Assembly (NCBI GenBank): GCA_040755855.1
Contig: JBFMAD010000002.1
Location: forward strand, 192,001-256,000
Direction: 5' to 3'
From: Planctomycetota bacterium
GTDB taxonomy: Bacteria > Planctomycetota > Brocadiia > JAADGH01
Length of the DNA: 64,000 nucleotides
Shown here: positions 37,935 through 47,828 of the stretch, piece by piece
Position numbering within the stretch: the stretch's first letter is position 1
Layout: every line of letters begins with the position of its first letter
Position numbers and translations under genes: made by a program
Notes under the pieces: model-generated
What the model saw: the letters and a program-made list of their open reading frames with translations, nothing else
The model's database searches: none
Told to the model about the DNA's origin: nothing

Positions 37935-39196
37935 ATCGAAGAGATTTCCTGAAGGGCGCGACCGCCGCGGCTCTCGCCTTCTCCGCCCTGGCCCATGCCC
38001 AGGAGGAGAAGAAGGACGACGAGACGATCCCCGGCCCGCCGGTAAAACTCGGCGTCATCGGCGTCGGCGGACAGGGCAAGCGGCTCCTCTCCGAGCTGAC
38101 CAAGATGGAGTCGGCGAAGGTCGTCGCCCTGTGCGACATCTATCCCGAACGCTTCAAAAAAGTCCTGCGCGAGATGGAGGAGGAGCCTGAGACCTACGAA
38201 AGCCACAAAGATATGCTCGACGGATCAAAGGACATGGAGGCCGTCCTGGTCGCCACGCCCCTCGCGGCGCACGCGGCCATCTGCCTCGACGCGCTCCAGG
38301 CGGGCAAGCACGTCTTCTGCGAGAGCATGTTGGCCTACTCCATCGAGGACTGCAAAAAGGTCGCCCAGGCGGCAAAGGCGAGCAAGCAGGTCTTCCAGGT
38401 CGGCCACCAGCGCCGGTGCAGCCCGCTCTACAAGCACGCGCTGAAGTTCGTGAAGACCGGCATCCTCGGCGAGCTGAAGCAGGTCCGCGCCCAGTGGCAC
38501 ATGAACCAGAGCTGGCGTCGGCCCGTGCGCGAGCAGGAGATGGAGAAGGCGTTTAACTGGCGGCTCTACCGCGAGTCGTCGCGTGGGCTGATGGGCGAGT
38601 TCGGCAGCCACCAGCTCGACCTCGTGCACTGGTATATGAAGATCAGGCCCACGGCCGTCGCTGGCTTCGGCGGCATTGACCGATGGAAGGACGGGCGCAC
38701 GGTGGACGACAACGTGCAGGCGATCTTCGACTACCCCGGCGGCGTCAAAATGGTCTTCACATCCACGCTCAGCAATTCCTTTGAGAGTTATTACGAGCTG
38801 CTTATCGGCACGCACGCCTCGGTCATGCTCTTCGGCGAGGCGAAGGGCCTCCTCTTCAAGGAGCCGGATGCCGTGGAGATGGGCTGGGAGCTCTACGCCC
38901 GCAAGGAGGAGTGGGGGGTGGACGAGGGCATCCTCCTCGACGCCGACGCGACGAAGTACCAGGAGCTGAAGGACGGGAAGCTGGTCGTGAAGGTGAAGGA
39001 GGAGGACCGACCAACGGAGAAGAAGACCATCTGGCGGTGCGAGCTGGAGGACTTCTGCCGCTCCATCCGCCGGCAGACGCCGTCGGCCTGTGACGCCGAA
39101 TCCGCGCTGGTTACCGCCGCGGCGAGCATCGTCGCCGACGAGGCGATCCAGAAGCAGACGGTGGTGAAGTTCACCGAAGATCACTTCAAGGTGTGA
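37913..39196 (+). CDS. Gfo/Idh/MocA family protein with Tat signal
   Basis: DRRDFLK, IGVGGQG, FCESM, QVGHQRR. Confidence 0.9.
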   Translation: MSDRSGIDRRDFLKGATAAALAFSALAHAQEEKKDDETIPGPPVKLGVIGVGGQGKRLLSELTKMESAKVVALCDIYPERFKKVLREMEEEPETYESHKDMLDGSKDMEAVLVATPLAAHAAICLDALQAGKHVFCESMLAYSIEDCKKVAQAAKASKQVFQVGHQRRCSPLYKHALKFVKTGILGELKQVRAQWHMNQSWRRPVREQEMEKAFNWRLYRESSRGLMGEFGSHQLDLVHWYMKIRPTAVAGFGGIDRWKDGRTVDDNVQAIFDYPGGVKMVFTSTLSNSFESYYELLIGTHASVMLFGEAKGLLFKEPDAVEMGWELYARKEEWGVDEGILLDADATKYQELKDGKLVVKVKEEDRPTEKKTIWRCELEDFCRSIRRQTPSACDAESALVTAAASIVADEAIQKQTVVKFTEDHFKV

Positions 39197-39213
39197 CATA
39201 AGGGAGATGCTCG

Positions 39214-41511
39214 ATGAGATCAAACCACAAGCCGTTCATCGTCCTCCTGTTGCTGTTTGCCTGTTCCGCGGTCATGGCCGCAGGGCCCGCGGAGGAGGCG
39301 CGCAAGATCGCGCCGAAGATCAAGGACTACTTCTTCAAGCACCAAATCATCCGCATCGGCCTGCCCGCTGTCGAGCCGCTCTTCGAGCAACTGACCGAAC
39401 CGAAGAACGAAACGATCTCCTTCGAGACGCGCAGCGCCCTGCGGTGGATCGCCCGCGACGCGAAGGATAAGACGGCCCTGCTCGACCTGCTGAAGAACCA
39501 GACCAAGCCCGACAGGCCCGCCCCAGTCCGATGCCTCGCCGTCGAATTGATCGGGGTCGTTGGCGGCGCGGAGGCGGTCGGGATCATCGCCCCCCTGCTC
39601 GCCGACGCCGCCGTGTGCGATGCGGCCTGCGCTGCGCTGACGCAGGTCCCCGGCGAGGCCGCGACGAAGGCCCTGGCAGATGCCTATGACAAGGCGCAGC
39701 CGGAGTTTCGCTGCTCGATCCTCCACGCCCTCGGCGTCCGCAGGGACCCATTGGCGAGGGAGATCGTTCGCAGGGCGATAAACGACGGCGACGAGAATGT
39801 CTCTCTCGCCGCGATCAGCGCCCTGGGCATGATGGGGGGCTGGCCCGATGCAACGGCGCTGGAGAACCTGGTGAAAACAGGATCGACCAAGCAGAAGGCC
39901 GCCGCCTTCGACGAGATGCTTGCCATCGGCGAGCGATCGCTGACCAGTGGAAAGGCGGAGGATGCCTTCCGCATCTTCGGCGTCGCCATGACGCTGGCGC
40001 CGGACAACGCCCTGCGCGCCAGGGCCATCGCCGGGCTGGGGCGAACGGGCAATCCGGAAGTTGCGCCGATCCTGGACAACTTCACGCGGAGCGGCGTTAC
40101 CGTGGAGCCTGTCGTGAAATCCGCCGCCCAAAATGCGTATGTTGATCTGGCCGACTCGCTCTGGGATAAGGGGCAGAAGGACGCGGCGGCCAAACTGTAT
40201 CTCAAGGCCCTCGATATGGCCTCTGGCGAGGCGGCGCAGGTCCGCGCCCTGATCGGCGCGGGCCGCGCTGGCAGTCCGGATTCCATCCCGAAGATCGAGG
40301 CGTTGCTTCAGAAGGGATCGCCAAAGGTGCAGTCGGCTGCGGCGTCGGCCATCAAACTCATCCCCGGCAAGGCGGCGACGCAGGCCATGACGAAGGCCCT
40401 CCCCGCCGCGCCGCCGTCCGTGCAGGCGGTGCTCCTGACGGCCCTCGGCGAGCGGGCCGATGCGGAGGTGGTCCAGGTCATGGCCCCCCTGACGATGAGC
40501 CAGAACGAGGAGACGGCTGTGGCCGCCGTCGAGGCCCTCGGCCGGACGGGCATCCCCGCCGCACAGACGCCGTTGCTTACCGCAGCGGAGAAGGGAAGCG
40601 ACCGGGTGAAGGCCGAGGCCGTTCAGGCATTGCTCCGCCTCGCGCAATCGCTGCTCGACAAGGACGCCGCGGCGGATGCCGGGAAGGTCTGTTCGCGACT
40701 GCTCGACCTTGCCACGGACGAAGCGGTCCGCGTTCAGGTGTTTGCGGGGATGCGAAAGGCGGCGAGTGCGGAACTCGGCGAGAAGATCGCCGGCCTCATC
40801 GAGGGCGAGAAGGGCGCGGCCAGAGAGGAAGCGGTCAAGGCCCTCCTGGCCTGCGCCGACAGGGCGTTCGACTCGGACAAGAAGGACGCATCGAAGGCGA
40901 TGTATCAGAAGGTCCTCCAAGTATCTCCGCCCTGCTCGCGGCAGGCGGCGGAGGCGGGGTATCGCCTGAGCAGGCTCGGCGAGACGTTCGCCACGGACGC
41001 GAAGGACGGCATAGTGAGCCAGTGGTGGATCATCGGCGCATGGCGCGCCCGGGATCATGGCGAATGGAAGCGGGAGCATGGCGCGGAGAAGGACTGGAAG
41101 AAGGCGAAGAAGATTGACCTGACCAAGGAGTACCCGCAGGGGAAGCGGACGCTCCGATGGATGCCCGTGCGAACGGACGACAAGAAGGGCGCGTTCGACA
41201 TGAACAGGCTCTTCGTCAGCAACGACGAGTGCGTCGCCTACTGCTATGCAGAGATCACGGTGGGCCAGGAGCAGGACGTCAATTTGGAGATTCACAGCGA
41301 CGACGGCCACCGTCTCTTCGTGAACGGCGAGCCGGCGCACGAGTATCTCAAGGACCATAAGCGCACGGAGAAGGACGACCGCGGCGCGATCCACCTCAAG
41401 ACCGGGGCGAACCATCTCCTCCTCAAGTCATGCGAATCTTCGGGAGAGTGGATGTTCTCTCTGCGGCTGACGGGGAAGGACGGGAGGGCGGCGGCGTTCC
41501 GGATTCAGTAG
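39214..41511 (+). CDS. Secreted HEAT-repeat protein with C-terminal PA14-like beta-sandwich
   Basis: HEAT repeats; C-terminal SDDG..LFVNGE..LKTGANHLLLK. Confidence 0.82.
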   Translation: MRSNHKPFIVLLLLFACSAVMAAGPAEEARKIAPKIKDYFFKHQIIRIGLPAVEPLFEQLTEPKNETISFETRSALRWIARDAKDKTALLDLLKNQTKPDRPAPVRCLAVELIGVVGGAEAVGIIAPLLADAAVCDAACAALTQVPGEAATKALADAYDKAQPEFRCSILHALGVRRDPLAREIVRRAINDGDENVSLAAISALGMMGGWPDATALENLVKTGSTKQKAAAFDEMLAIGERSLTSGKAEDAFRIFGVAMTLAPDNALRARAIAGLGRTGNPEVAPILDNFTRSGVTVEPVVKSAAQNAYVDLADSLWDKGQKDAAAKLYLKALDMASGEAAQVRALIGAGRAGSPDSIPKIEALLQKGSPKVQSAAASAIKLIPGKAATQAMTKALPAAPPSVQAVLLTALGERADAEVVQVMAPLTMSQNEETAVAAVEALGRTGIPAAQTPLLTAAEKGSDRVKAEAVQALLRLAQSLLDKDAAADAGKVCSRLLDLATDEAVRVQVFAGMRKAASAELGEKIAGLIEGEKGAAREEAVKALLACADRAFDSDKKDASKAMYQKVLQVSPPCSRQAAEAGYRLSRLGETFATDAKDGIVSQWWIIGAWRARDHGEWKREHGAEKDWKKAKKIDLTKEYPQGKRTLRWMPVRTDDKKGAFDMNRLFVSNDECVAYCYAEITVGQEQDVNLEIHSDDGHRLFVNGEPAHEYLKDHKRTEKDDRGAIHLKTGANHLLLKSCESSGEWMFSLRLTGKDGRAAAFRIQ

Positions 41512-41549
41512 GTCGGGCCGTCCCGATTGCCGGTCCGACTTGCCATCTA

Positions 41550-41702
41550 TTTCGTCATTCCCGCATCAACGACTGGCTCGACACGGCCGGGACCGGCGCG
41601 CCTCCGCGCAACAACGAGGACAACGCCCTCCGCGTCCTCCAGATCATTGACGCCATCTACCAGTCGTCCGAAAAAGGGCAGCGGGCGGATGTGGACATCT
41701 GA
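41550..41702 (+). pseudogene. 3' remnant of a Gfo/Idh/MocA gene
   Basis: ...EDNALRVLQIIDAIYQSSEKGQRADVDI* resembles the family C-terminus; no start or N-terminal domain. Confidence 0.55.
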
Positions 41703-41720
41703 CCCCCATTGTTCCCCCTA

Positions 41721-42503
41721 TTACTCCCGACCGGCGCGCAAGTCGCGCTCCCAGAGTTTGGCATACTTCAGAAATACATAAAAAGAACTTGCCACGGCAA
41801 TGATCAGCCCACGCACCCCATCCAGATACCCCTGTTTGATGAAATAACACGTGAAAAACTTCGCGATGGGTTTGGCAATCATCTCCGCCAGACGAACGTC
41901 CCTCCAGGCCATGCGCGTTTCCTGTGTCACTATAGTTGAAAAGCGGTCAATGGTCTCCAACTGGTTCGAGATGCTTGGGTAATTGTAATGGAGCAGATCG
42001 CCCGACAAGCGTCTTGTTTTTCCGTTCACTACGACCCTGTCATGCGGGTTTCTGCCGGCGATCCGGCCTCGGTCCCGCCGGAATAGGCGTAGTTTGCGAT
42101 CGGGATACCATCCCCCGTGATAGATCCAATTGCCCACGTAACTGGTCCGTCGAGCCACCAGAAACCCGTCTATCTCCGTATCATCCTCGATAATAGCCCG
42201 TCGGATCGAGGCGGCCAGTTCGGGGGAGACCTCTTCGTCGGCGTCGATCATCATCGCCCACGGCTGCGTGGTTTTACTCAGGGCGTATCCCTTCTGCTGG
42301 ACCATGCCCTGCCATTGGTGATGGTACACCTTGTCGGTGAACCCGCGTGCAACCTCCACGGTGCGGTCGGAGCTGAACGAATCCACCACAACGATCTCCT
42401 TCGCCCAGCAAACGGACTCCAGACACCTCCGGATATTGCTCTCCTCATTCCACGTTATGACAAACGCGGAAACGGGCAATTGCTCGATCTTGCCGGTTTT
42501 CAT
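41721..42503 (-). CDS. GT2 glycosyltransferase (WaaE/KdtX-like)
   Basis: ITWNEE, VVDSFSSDRT, IDADE, GGWYPD..RLF. Confidence 0.92.
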   Translation of the reverse strand: MKTGKIEQLPVSAFVITWNEESNIRRCLESVCWAKEIVVVDSFSSDRTVEVARGFTDKVYHHQWQGMVQQKGYALSKTTQPWAMMIDADEEVSPELAASIRRAIIEDDTEIDGFLVARRTSYVGNWIYHGGWYPDRKLRLFRRDRGRIAGRNPHDRVVVNGKTRRLSGDLLHYNYPSISNQLETIDRFSTIVTQETRMAWRDVRLAEMIAKPIAKFFTCYFIKQGYLDGVRGLIIAVASSFYVFLKYAKLWERDLRAGRE

Positions 42504-42569
42504 TCTTTGCCGCTCTTCGCACTCGTCTTCTGAAACACGATTGTAAACATAGCATACTTGGAAGCTATC

Positions 42570-44003
42570 TCACACCTGCCGTTCCGCCAGCTCGCCGAAG
42601 CGGTGGGCGATGGCCAGGGCGGGATCGAGGGGGACGTCGATGCGCTTGATGCCCTTCGGGATGCTGATCGTCGGCGTGGGCCGGAGCGATTTGCCCTCGA
42701 ACTGCGGCAGCCACTTGCCCTGCGCCTCCAGCATCTCCGCCGTCATCTCTCGAATCTCCTTCAGCGTGCATCGCGTGCTCGTCAGCGGGTCCAGGGCGAT
42801 GGCCTGCATGGCGTACTCTGGGTCGCCGGTCAGCCCCGCCTCGACGGCCAGCATCTGGACGGTGATGTTGCTCTGGTTCAGCGCGGCGCACTGCGGCGGC
42901 AGGTCGCCCACGGTCACCGGATGGATGCCCTGCTTGTCCACGAACACCGGCACCTCCACGCACGCCCCCTGCGGCAGGTTGGCGATGTAGCCGTCGTTGC
43001 GGACGTTGCCGTTCAGGCGGAAGGGCCTGTCCGTCTCGTGGGCTTCGAGGATGTAGGAACAGTACTCGACGCTGCGCCTGCCGAGTTTGGCATCCTCGGA
43101 TTCGAGGTAGTTGACGTCTTTGTACTTGGTGTCCAGCATCCGGGCGTATTTGTAGTAGGCCCCGCTCTCGCCGCCGAAGGCCGGCTCGTCGCAGTAGAGG
43201 TCGAGGGCGCGTTTGCTGGACCGGAACCAGGGGATGTACTCAGACAGGTGGCCGGTGGACTCGGTCATGAAGTAGCCGAAGTGGCGCATGACCTCGCAGC
43301 GCACCTTCTCATTCGCGTAATACTCAGGCTTCTCGATGTTCTCTCGCAGGATGGGCTGGAGGTCCCGGCCGTCGCGCTTGTCGCGGAGCTTCAGGAACCA
43401 GGCCATGTGGTTGATGCCCGCGCAGAGGAAATCAATCTGGTCCTTCGGCACATCCACGTATCGGCTGATGAGGTCGAGCGTGGTCTGGACGCCGTGGCAG
43501 AGGCCGATGAACTGCACCTTCTTCGCCGCCCGCCCCAGGGCGTAGCAGCACGCGGCCATGGGGTTGGTGTAGTTGAGGAAGAGCGCGTCGGGGCAGAGCT
43601 CCTCCATGTCGCGCATCATGTCCACGAGGACGGGGATCGTCCGCAGGCCGCGGAAGACGCCGCCCGGCCCGAGGCTGTCGCCGATGCACTGGTCCACGCC
43701 GTACTTCATCGGGATTTCGTAGTCAAGCTGGAACGCATCGAACCCGCCGACCTGGATCATGCAGATGACGTAGTCGGCGTCCTTGAGCGCCTCGCGGCGG
43801 TCGAGGGTCTTCCAGATCTTCGCGGGCAGTTTGTTCTCTTTGACCACGCGCTTGAGGAAGGTCTCCATGTTTTTCAGTTTCGGCAGGGTCCGGCTCATCA
43901 GGCAGATTTCGCTGTCCCTCAGTGCGTCGGTGGCGAGGATGTCCATGGTGAGCGTCTTGCAGAACACCATTGATCCCGCGCCGATCATTGCGATCTTGGG
44001 CAT
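42570..44003 (-). CDS. melA: GH4 alpha-galactosidase
   Basis: IGAGS, GPGGVFRGLRTIP, NYTNP, GLCH, AGINH, TESTGHLSEY. Confidence 0.9.
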   Translation of the reverse strand: MPKIAMIGAGSMVFCKTLTMDILATDALRDSEICLMSRTLPKLKNMETFLKRVVKENKLPAKIWKTLDRREALKDADYVICMIQVGGFDAFQLDYEIPMKYGVDQCIGDSLGPGGVFRGLRTIPVLVDMMRDMEELCPDALFLNYTNPMAACCYALGRAAKKVQFIGLCHGVQTTLDLISRYVDVPKDQIDFLCAGINHMAWFLKLRDKRDGRDLQPILRENIEKPEYYANEKVRCEVMRHFGYFMTESTGHLSEYIPWFRSSKRALDLYCDEPAFGGESGAYYKYARMLDTKYKDVNYLESEDAKLGRRSVEYCSYILEAHETDRPFRLNGNVRNDGYIANLPQGACVEVPVFVDKQGIHPVTVGDLPPQCAALNQSNITVQMLAVEAGLTGDPEYAMQAIALDPLTSTRCTLKEIREMTAEMLEAQGKWLPQFEGKSLRPTPTISIPKGIKRIDVPLDPALAIAHRFGELAERQV

Positions 44004-44039
44004 GGCACTCCTCCTTTTCTTGCTTACAAAGGCACTCTT

Positions 44040-46205
44040 TCATACTTGGTGCGCCGTTCGAGCGATAATGTCGTCCTGGAACTCCTTCTCCAGTCGGCAG
44101 AAGTAGGCGCTGAATCCGCCGACGCGGACGCAGAGATTCTGGTATCTTTCCGGATGCGCCTGCGCCTCCAGCAACTCCTCCCGACTCACCACGTTCACCT
44201 GAAGCTGCTGCCCGCCGTTTGAGAAATATGTCTTGAAGAGCTGAACGACCTTGAGGATCGCTTCGGGATGGTCGAATGTTGAGCGGGTGAATTTGACGTT
44301 CAGGTTTGTCGAGGTGACCGGCCCATTGCTCTGGGGAATTCGGCTCGCCGAGTTAAGGAGCGACGTGACGCCCGATCGGTCCGCGCCCTGCGACGCCCCG
44401 CAGGAGTCCGCCAGCGGCTCGCCCGCCTTCCGGCCGTCCGGGGTTGCTCCCGTCTGTTTCCCGCAGTGAACGTGGTATCGGAAGACGACCTCGCCGGGGA
44501 TGAAGCGGCCGCCCCCCTCGGCAGGTTGAGCGCGCAGCTCGGAGCACAGGTGCGCGGTGAGTCGTGTTCGAATATCGTCCACCTCGGGGTTGTCGTTACC
44601 GAACTTCGGCTGGGACTTCAGGAGCATCCGCAACTCGTCGTCGCCTTCGAAGTTCCTGTCCAGCGCCTCGACGAGCGCCGCCAGCGATATTCGCTTTTGT
44701 CGAAATACGATATTGCGAATAGCCGCCAGGCTATCGGCCAGGTTCGTCAGCCCTGCGATCTCGAGCTGAATGCCGTTGTACCTTGCCCCGCCGTCCCAGA
44801 TGCCGCGGCCCCGATCGAGACAATCCGTTGTCAGCATAGATCGGATACTATGTCCCTCATGCTCGCGGAAATGGCGGAAGTCCAGATTGTTGAGCCTCGC
44901 CTCCATGTGGGCGAAGTAGGAGAGATGCTCCCTTACCGCCTCCTCAAGCGACTCGTAGGTCTCGAACGCCCCCGGCGCGCCGGTCTGCGGAGAGACCTGG
45001 CGCTTCGTCGTCGGGTCATACCCGTTGTGAAGCGCGATCTCCAGAACCTTCGCCGCGTTCATCAGGCCCGTGTCGTTGAGAAAGTGCGCTCGCGGGCCGG
45101 GCATCACCTGCCCGCAACCGGCCAGGGCGTAGTCCCGCGCGTCCCCGATCGAAATTCCTCCTTTCACCAGGCCGGCGATGACGCCCTCGTCGTTGTAGAG
45201 CGCGGGTATCCCGCGTCCGCAGGCAATCGTTTTGGCCGCCGCTTCCCAGAGCGCCTCGGGAGAGTTCTTGTGCAGTCTCACACAAAGGTTGGGATGGGGA
45301 TGAGGGAAGCTCCGCGTCGCCTCCAGCGCGAGGTATGTCAGGTCGTTTGTCGCGTCATTGCCCGCGCGGTCGAGTCCCCCGATGGTGAGGTTCTGGATCG
45401 GCCCCGCCTGCCGAGTCTTCTCCCAGACGGCCAGCACGAGCGCCAGCGCGCAGTCCCTTGCCAACCGGCCTGCGCGGACATCTGCCGCGTAATATGGATA
45501 GGCGTACTGGTCGAAACGGCCATAGCTGTCCCGCCCCCAGATCTCGTGCAGGAGCCATATCTGCTGAAGCGCATCGTGAAAATCGCGCGCAGGCTCATGC
45601 GCGAGACGGAGGAATCTTTCGGACATCACTGGCGGCGCGTTGAGTTCTTCCGCCTTTCGGGCGAATCGCTCCCAGAGCGAGGACAGCGCCGCGACGAGGA
45701 TTCGCATCGCCTCGTAGAAGCCGGCGGCTTTCGGGTTCTTGTGTGCGCGCTCGGACACAACCTTCGCAATGCCGTCCCATCCCTGCGTCAGCAAGCGTTC
45801 GTGGTCCGGGAACATGTGCCCCGCCCATTGCTGTGTGACTGCGGTCCCCGAGTCCCACACCCGACGTTCCTCCTCCGACGCCTTGTCCCTTGGGAAGGAA
45901 CCGTAACTGTGTTGGGCGACGACCCTCAACTTTTCCTCAAGCGCGGCTGTCCACCGCCCTTCGTCCTTGAGCTGCTTCACAAAATCCCAGCGCACGCACG
46001 TGCCTCGGGGATAGTAGAACCATACCGGTTCGTCGGGGACGATGCTTCCCGTGATCAATTCGCCGGGCGAGACCGCAATCGTGCAGTTTTTCCAGTAGAC
46101 GGCAAGGGCGTGGGCCTCCCGCAACACGGGCGGCTCATGCAGGCGCTCGATGTAGGCGTCGAGATATGTGGTCCGAACATCGTGTTGCGTCGCCGGTCGA
46201 ATCAC
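44040..46205 (-). CDS. Glycyl radical enzyme (PFL-like superfamily)
   Basis: GRFDQY, Cys loop AGCGQ, ATPDGR, C-terminal VRVGGFS. Confidence 0.9.
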   Translation of the reverse strand: MIRPATQHDVRTTYLDAYIERLHEPPVLREAHALAVYWKNCTIAVSPGELITGSIVPDEPVWFYYPRGTCVRWDFVKQLKDEGRWTAALEEKLRVVAQHSYGSFPRDKASEEERRVWDSGTAVTQQWAGHMFPDHERLLTQGWDGIAKVVSERAHKNPKAAGFYEAMRILVAALSSLWERFARKAEELNAPPVMSERFLRLAHEPARDFHDALQQIWLLHEIWGRDSYGRFDQYAYPYYAADVRAGRLARDCALALVLAVWEKTRQAGPIQNLTIGGLDRAGNDATNDLTYLALEATRSFPHPHPNLCVRLHKNSPEALWEAAAKTIACGRGIPALYNDEGVIAGLVKGGISIGDARDYALAGCGQVMPGPRAHFLNDTGLMNAAKVLEIALHNGYDPTTKRQVSPQTGAPGAFETYESLEEAVREHLSYFAHMEARLNNLDFRHFREHEGHSIRSMLTTDCLDRGRGIWDGGARYNGIQLEIAGLTNLADSLAAIRNIVFRQKRISLAALVEALDRNFEGDDELRMLLKSQPKFGNDNPEVDDIRTRLTAHLCSELRAQPAEGGGRFIPGEVVFRYHVHCGKQTGATPDGRKAGEPLADSCGASQGADRSGVTSLLNSASRIPQSNGPVTSTNLNVKFTRSTFDHPEAILKVVQLFKTYFSNGGQQLQVNVVSREELLEAQAHPERYQNLCVRVGGFSAYFCRLEKEFQDDIIARTAHQV

Positions 46206-46241
46206 TCGATCCGCCTTCCTTCGCCAAAGGATGTCTCGAAC

Positions 46242-46796
46242 CTACTTCTTGGCCCGCTTTGCATCGCCCAGAACGGCGTAGATCGGCTCGGGGTAGCGGA
46301 TGCAGAAGGGGACTCTTGCTTTGATGACGTCAATGGACCCGTCTTTGTCGAGGAGGTCTTCCTCGACGTGGCCGCACAGCACCTTGCCGATGACCAAACT
46401 GTGATAGCCGATCTCCATCTCCTTCCAGAACTCGCACTCAATGTTGGCCGGGAACTCGGCGATGAGCGGGGGCTTCACGAGGTCCGCCGGCGCCGTGGTC
46501 AGGCCGGCCGCGTCCAGCTCGCTCGTGTCCGGGGGGATGTCCTCGCCGCAGATCTCCAGGGCGCGGATCTGGTCCTGGCGCGGGACGTTGATGACGAACT
46601 CGCCCGTCCGCTTGATGTTCTGGTAGGTGTGGCTGGGTGTGCCGATGGCGATGGCGATCTCCTTCGGTCCCACATTCGTGTAAGCGCCGAACGTCCCCGC
46701 GTTGACAACGCCGTTTTCGTGTAGCGTGGTGATGATGATGCACGGGCGGCACCGGCAGAGACTTGTGGCCTTCGCGCGGACCTTGACCTTGGCCAT
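46242..46796 (-). CDS. Flavin reductase-like protein
   Basis: VNAGTF, HTYQNIKRTGEFVIN, PPLIAE..ANIEC. Confidence 0.88.
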   Translation of the reverse strand: MAKVKVRAKATSLCRCRPCIIITTLHENGVVNAGTFGAYTNVGPKEIAIAIGTPSHTYQNIKRTGEFVINVPRQDQIRALEICGEDIPPDTSELDAAGLTTAPADLVKPPLIAEFPANIECEFWKEMEIGYHSLVIGKVLCGHVEEDLLDKDGSIDVIKARVPFCIRYPEPIYAVLGDAKRAKK

Positions 46797-46874
46797 GGGA
46801 CGATCTCCTTTTCTTTGAGGTGAGAGAGAAATACATCGTATCGCTGACCGGAAGTCATGTCAACAGCCTGGCCT

Positions 46875-46920
46875 GGGAAAATGGGGACAGACCTGACGTC
46901 CGGTCTGCCCCAATTTTCCC
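46875..46920. repeat. Palindrome GGGAAAATGGGGACAGACC / GGTCTGCCCCAATTTTCCC
   Basis: Near-perfect inverted repeat; half copy at 7274-7291. Confidence 0.7.
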
Positions 46921-47049
46921 ATCGCTCGACTTGACTAATTCTATCCATGGGATATACTGTCAGTAGAGGGGATCATCAGGAGGGGAGCGGGCGGGCGCTA
47001 CCGGAAGCACCATCGAAAGCAAGCAGCCTCACGTGAAGGGAGCGACGCC

Positions 47050-47805
47050 ATGCCATGGACCAACGAGCAGAGCGGACGAATCCTGGCCGAGTTCTGGGAG
47101 AATGGGGGGCAGCACACCAAAATTGCCCATTGCCCCGCGGACGGGGCCCAGCTCGAGCTGCACTTTGCGGAGGTGGGGAAGGAGTACGGCCTGATGGCCC
47201 GCTGTCCCGTATGCGAGAGTGAGGAGAACATCGGCCGCGAGATCGACCCGAAGAGGCGGGAGTTCCGACAGTGGACGCCGGAAGATGTGAAACAAGTGGA
47301 GCCGGCCTACCGCGGCGGCGGGGTGAAGTGTCCGGTCTGCGATACCCCCATTGACGTAAGCCTCAAAACAGGAGGGGATCTCGGGGAGCATTACCTCCTC
47401 CGGTGCATTCGCTGCAACAATTCTCATGTGGAGATTCCCGGCAAACACGAGGCGCCTTGGAACGGCGAAGAACGCCGAAAACATCCCAGGACGAGACTCC
47501 AACACATCGTGCAGGTCAGTCAGGATTGCCCGGAAGGCGGCCTCCAAAGGACGGTCATGGGCGGCACATACGATATGAGCGAGGGGGGCATGCAATTTGA
47601 CGCGCAGGCGGCCTTCGCCGTGGGCGCCAATGTGACGGTCAGCTTTACCTTGGGCGAGCAAATCATCGAGGCATCCGCCCGGGTGATCCATTGCGCCTCC
47701 ATCGAGGACGGCTCGATCCGCACAGGCGTGCTATTCACGAATCTGTCCGATGCGGATAGGGCGCTCATCGCGGACTACTGTCGCAGGGCGGGCCGCCCGG
47801 AATAG
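47050..47805 (+). CDS. Zinc-ribbon plus PilZ domain protein
   Basis: CPVC, CPVC, CIRC; PilZ motifs RRKHPR and DMSEGG. Confidence 0.85.
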   Translation: MPWTNEQSGRILAEFWENGGQHTKIAHCPADGAQLELHFAEVGKEYGLMARCPVCESEENIGREIDPKRREFRQWTPEDVKQVEPAYRGGGVKCPVCDTPIDVSLKTGGDLGEHYLLRCIRCNNSHVEIPGKHEAPWNGEERRKHPRTRLQHIVQVSQDCPEGGLQRTVMGGTYDMSEGGMQFDAQAAFAVGANVTVSFTLGEQIIEASARVIHCASIEDGSIRTGVLFTNLSDADRALIADYCRRAGRPE

Positions 47806-47828
47806 ACGGCGCGGACTTGGGCCATGGG

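Noticed and set aside
46950..47049. c-di-GMP riboswitch upstream of the PilZ gene
   Set aside because: Conserved class I/II motifs were not found by eye.
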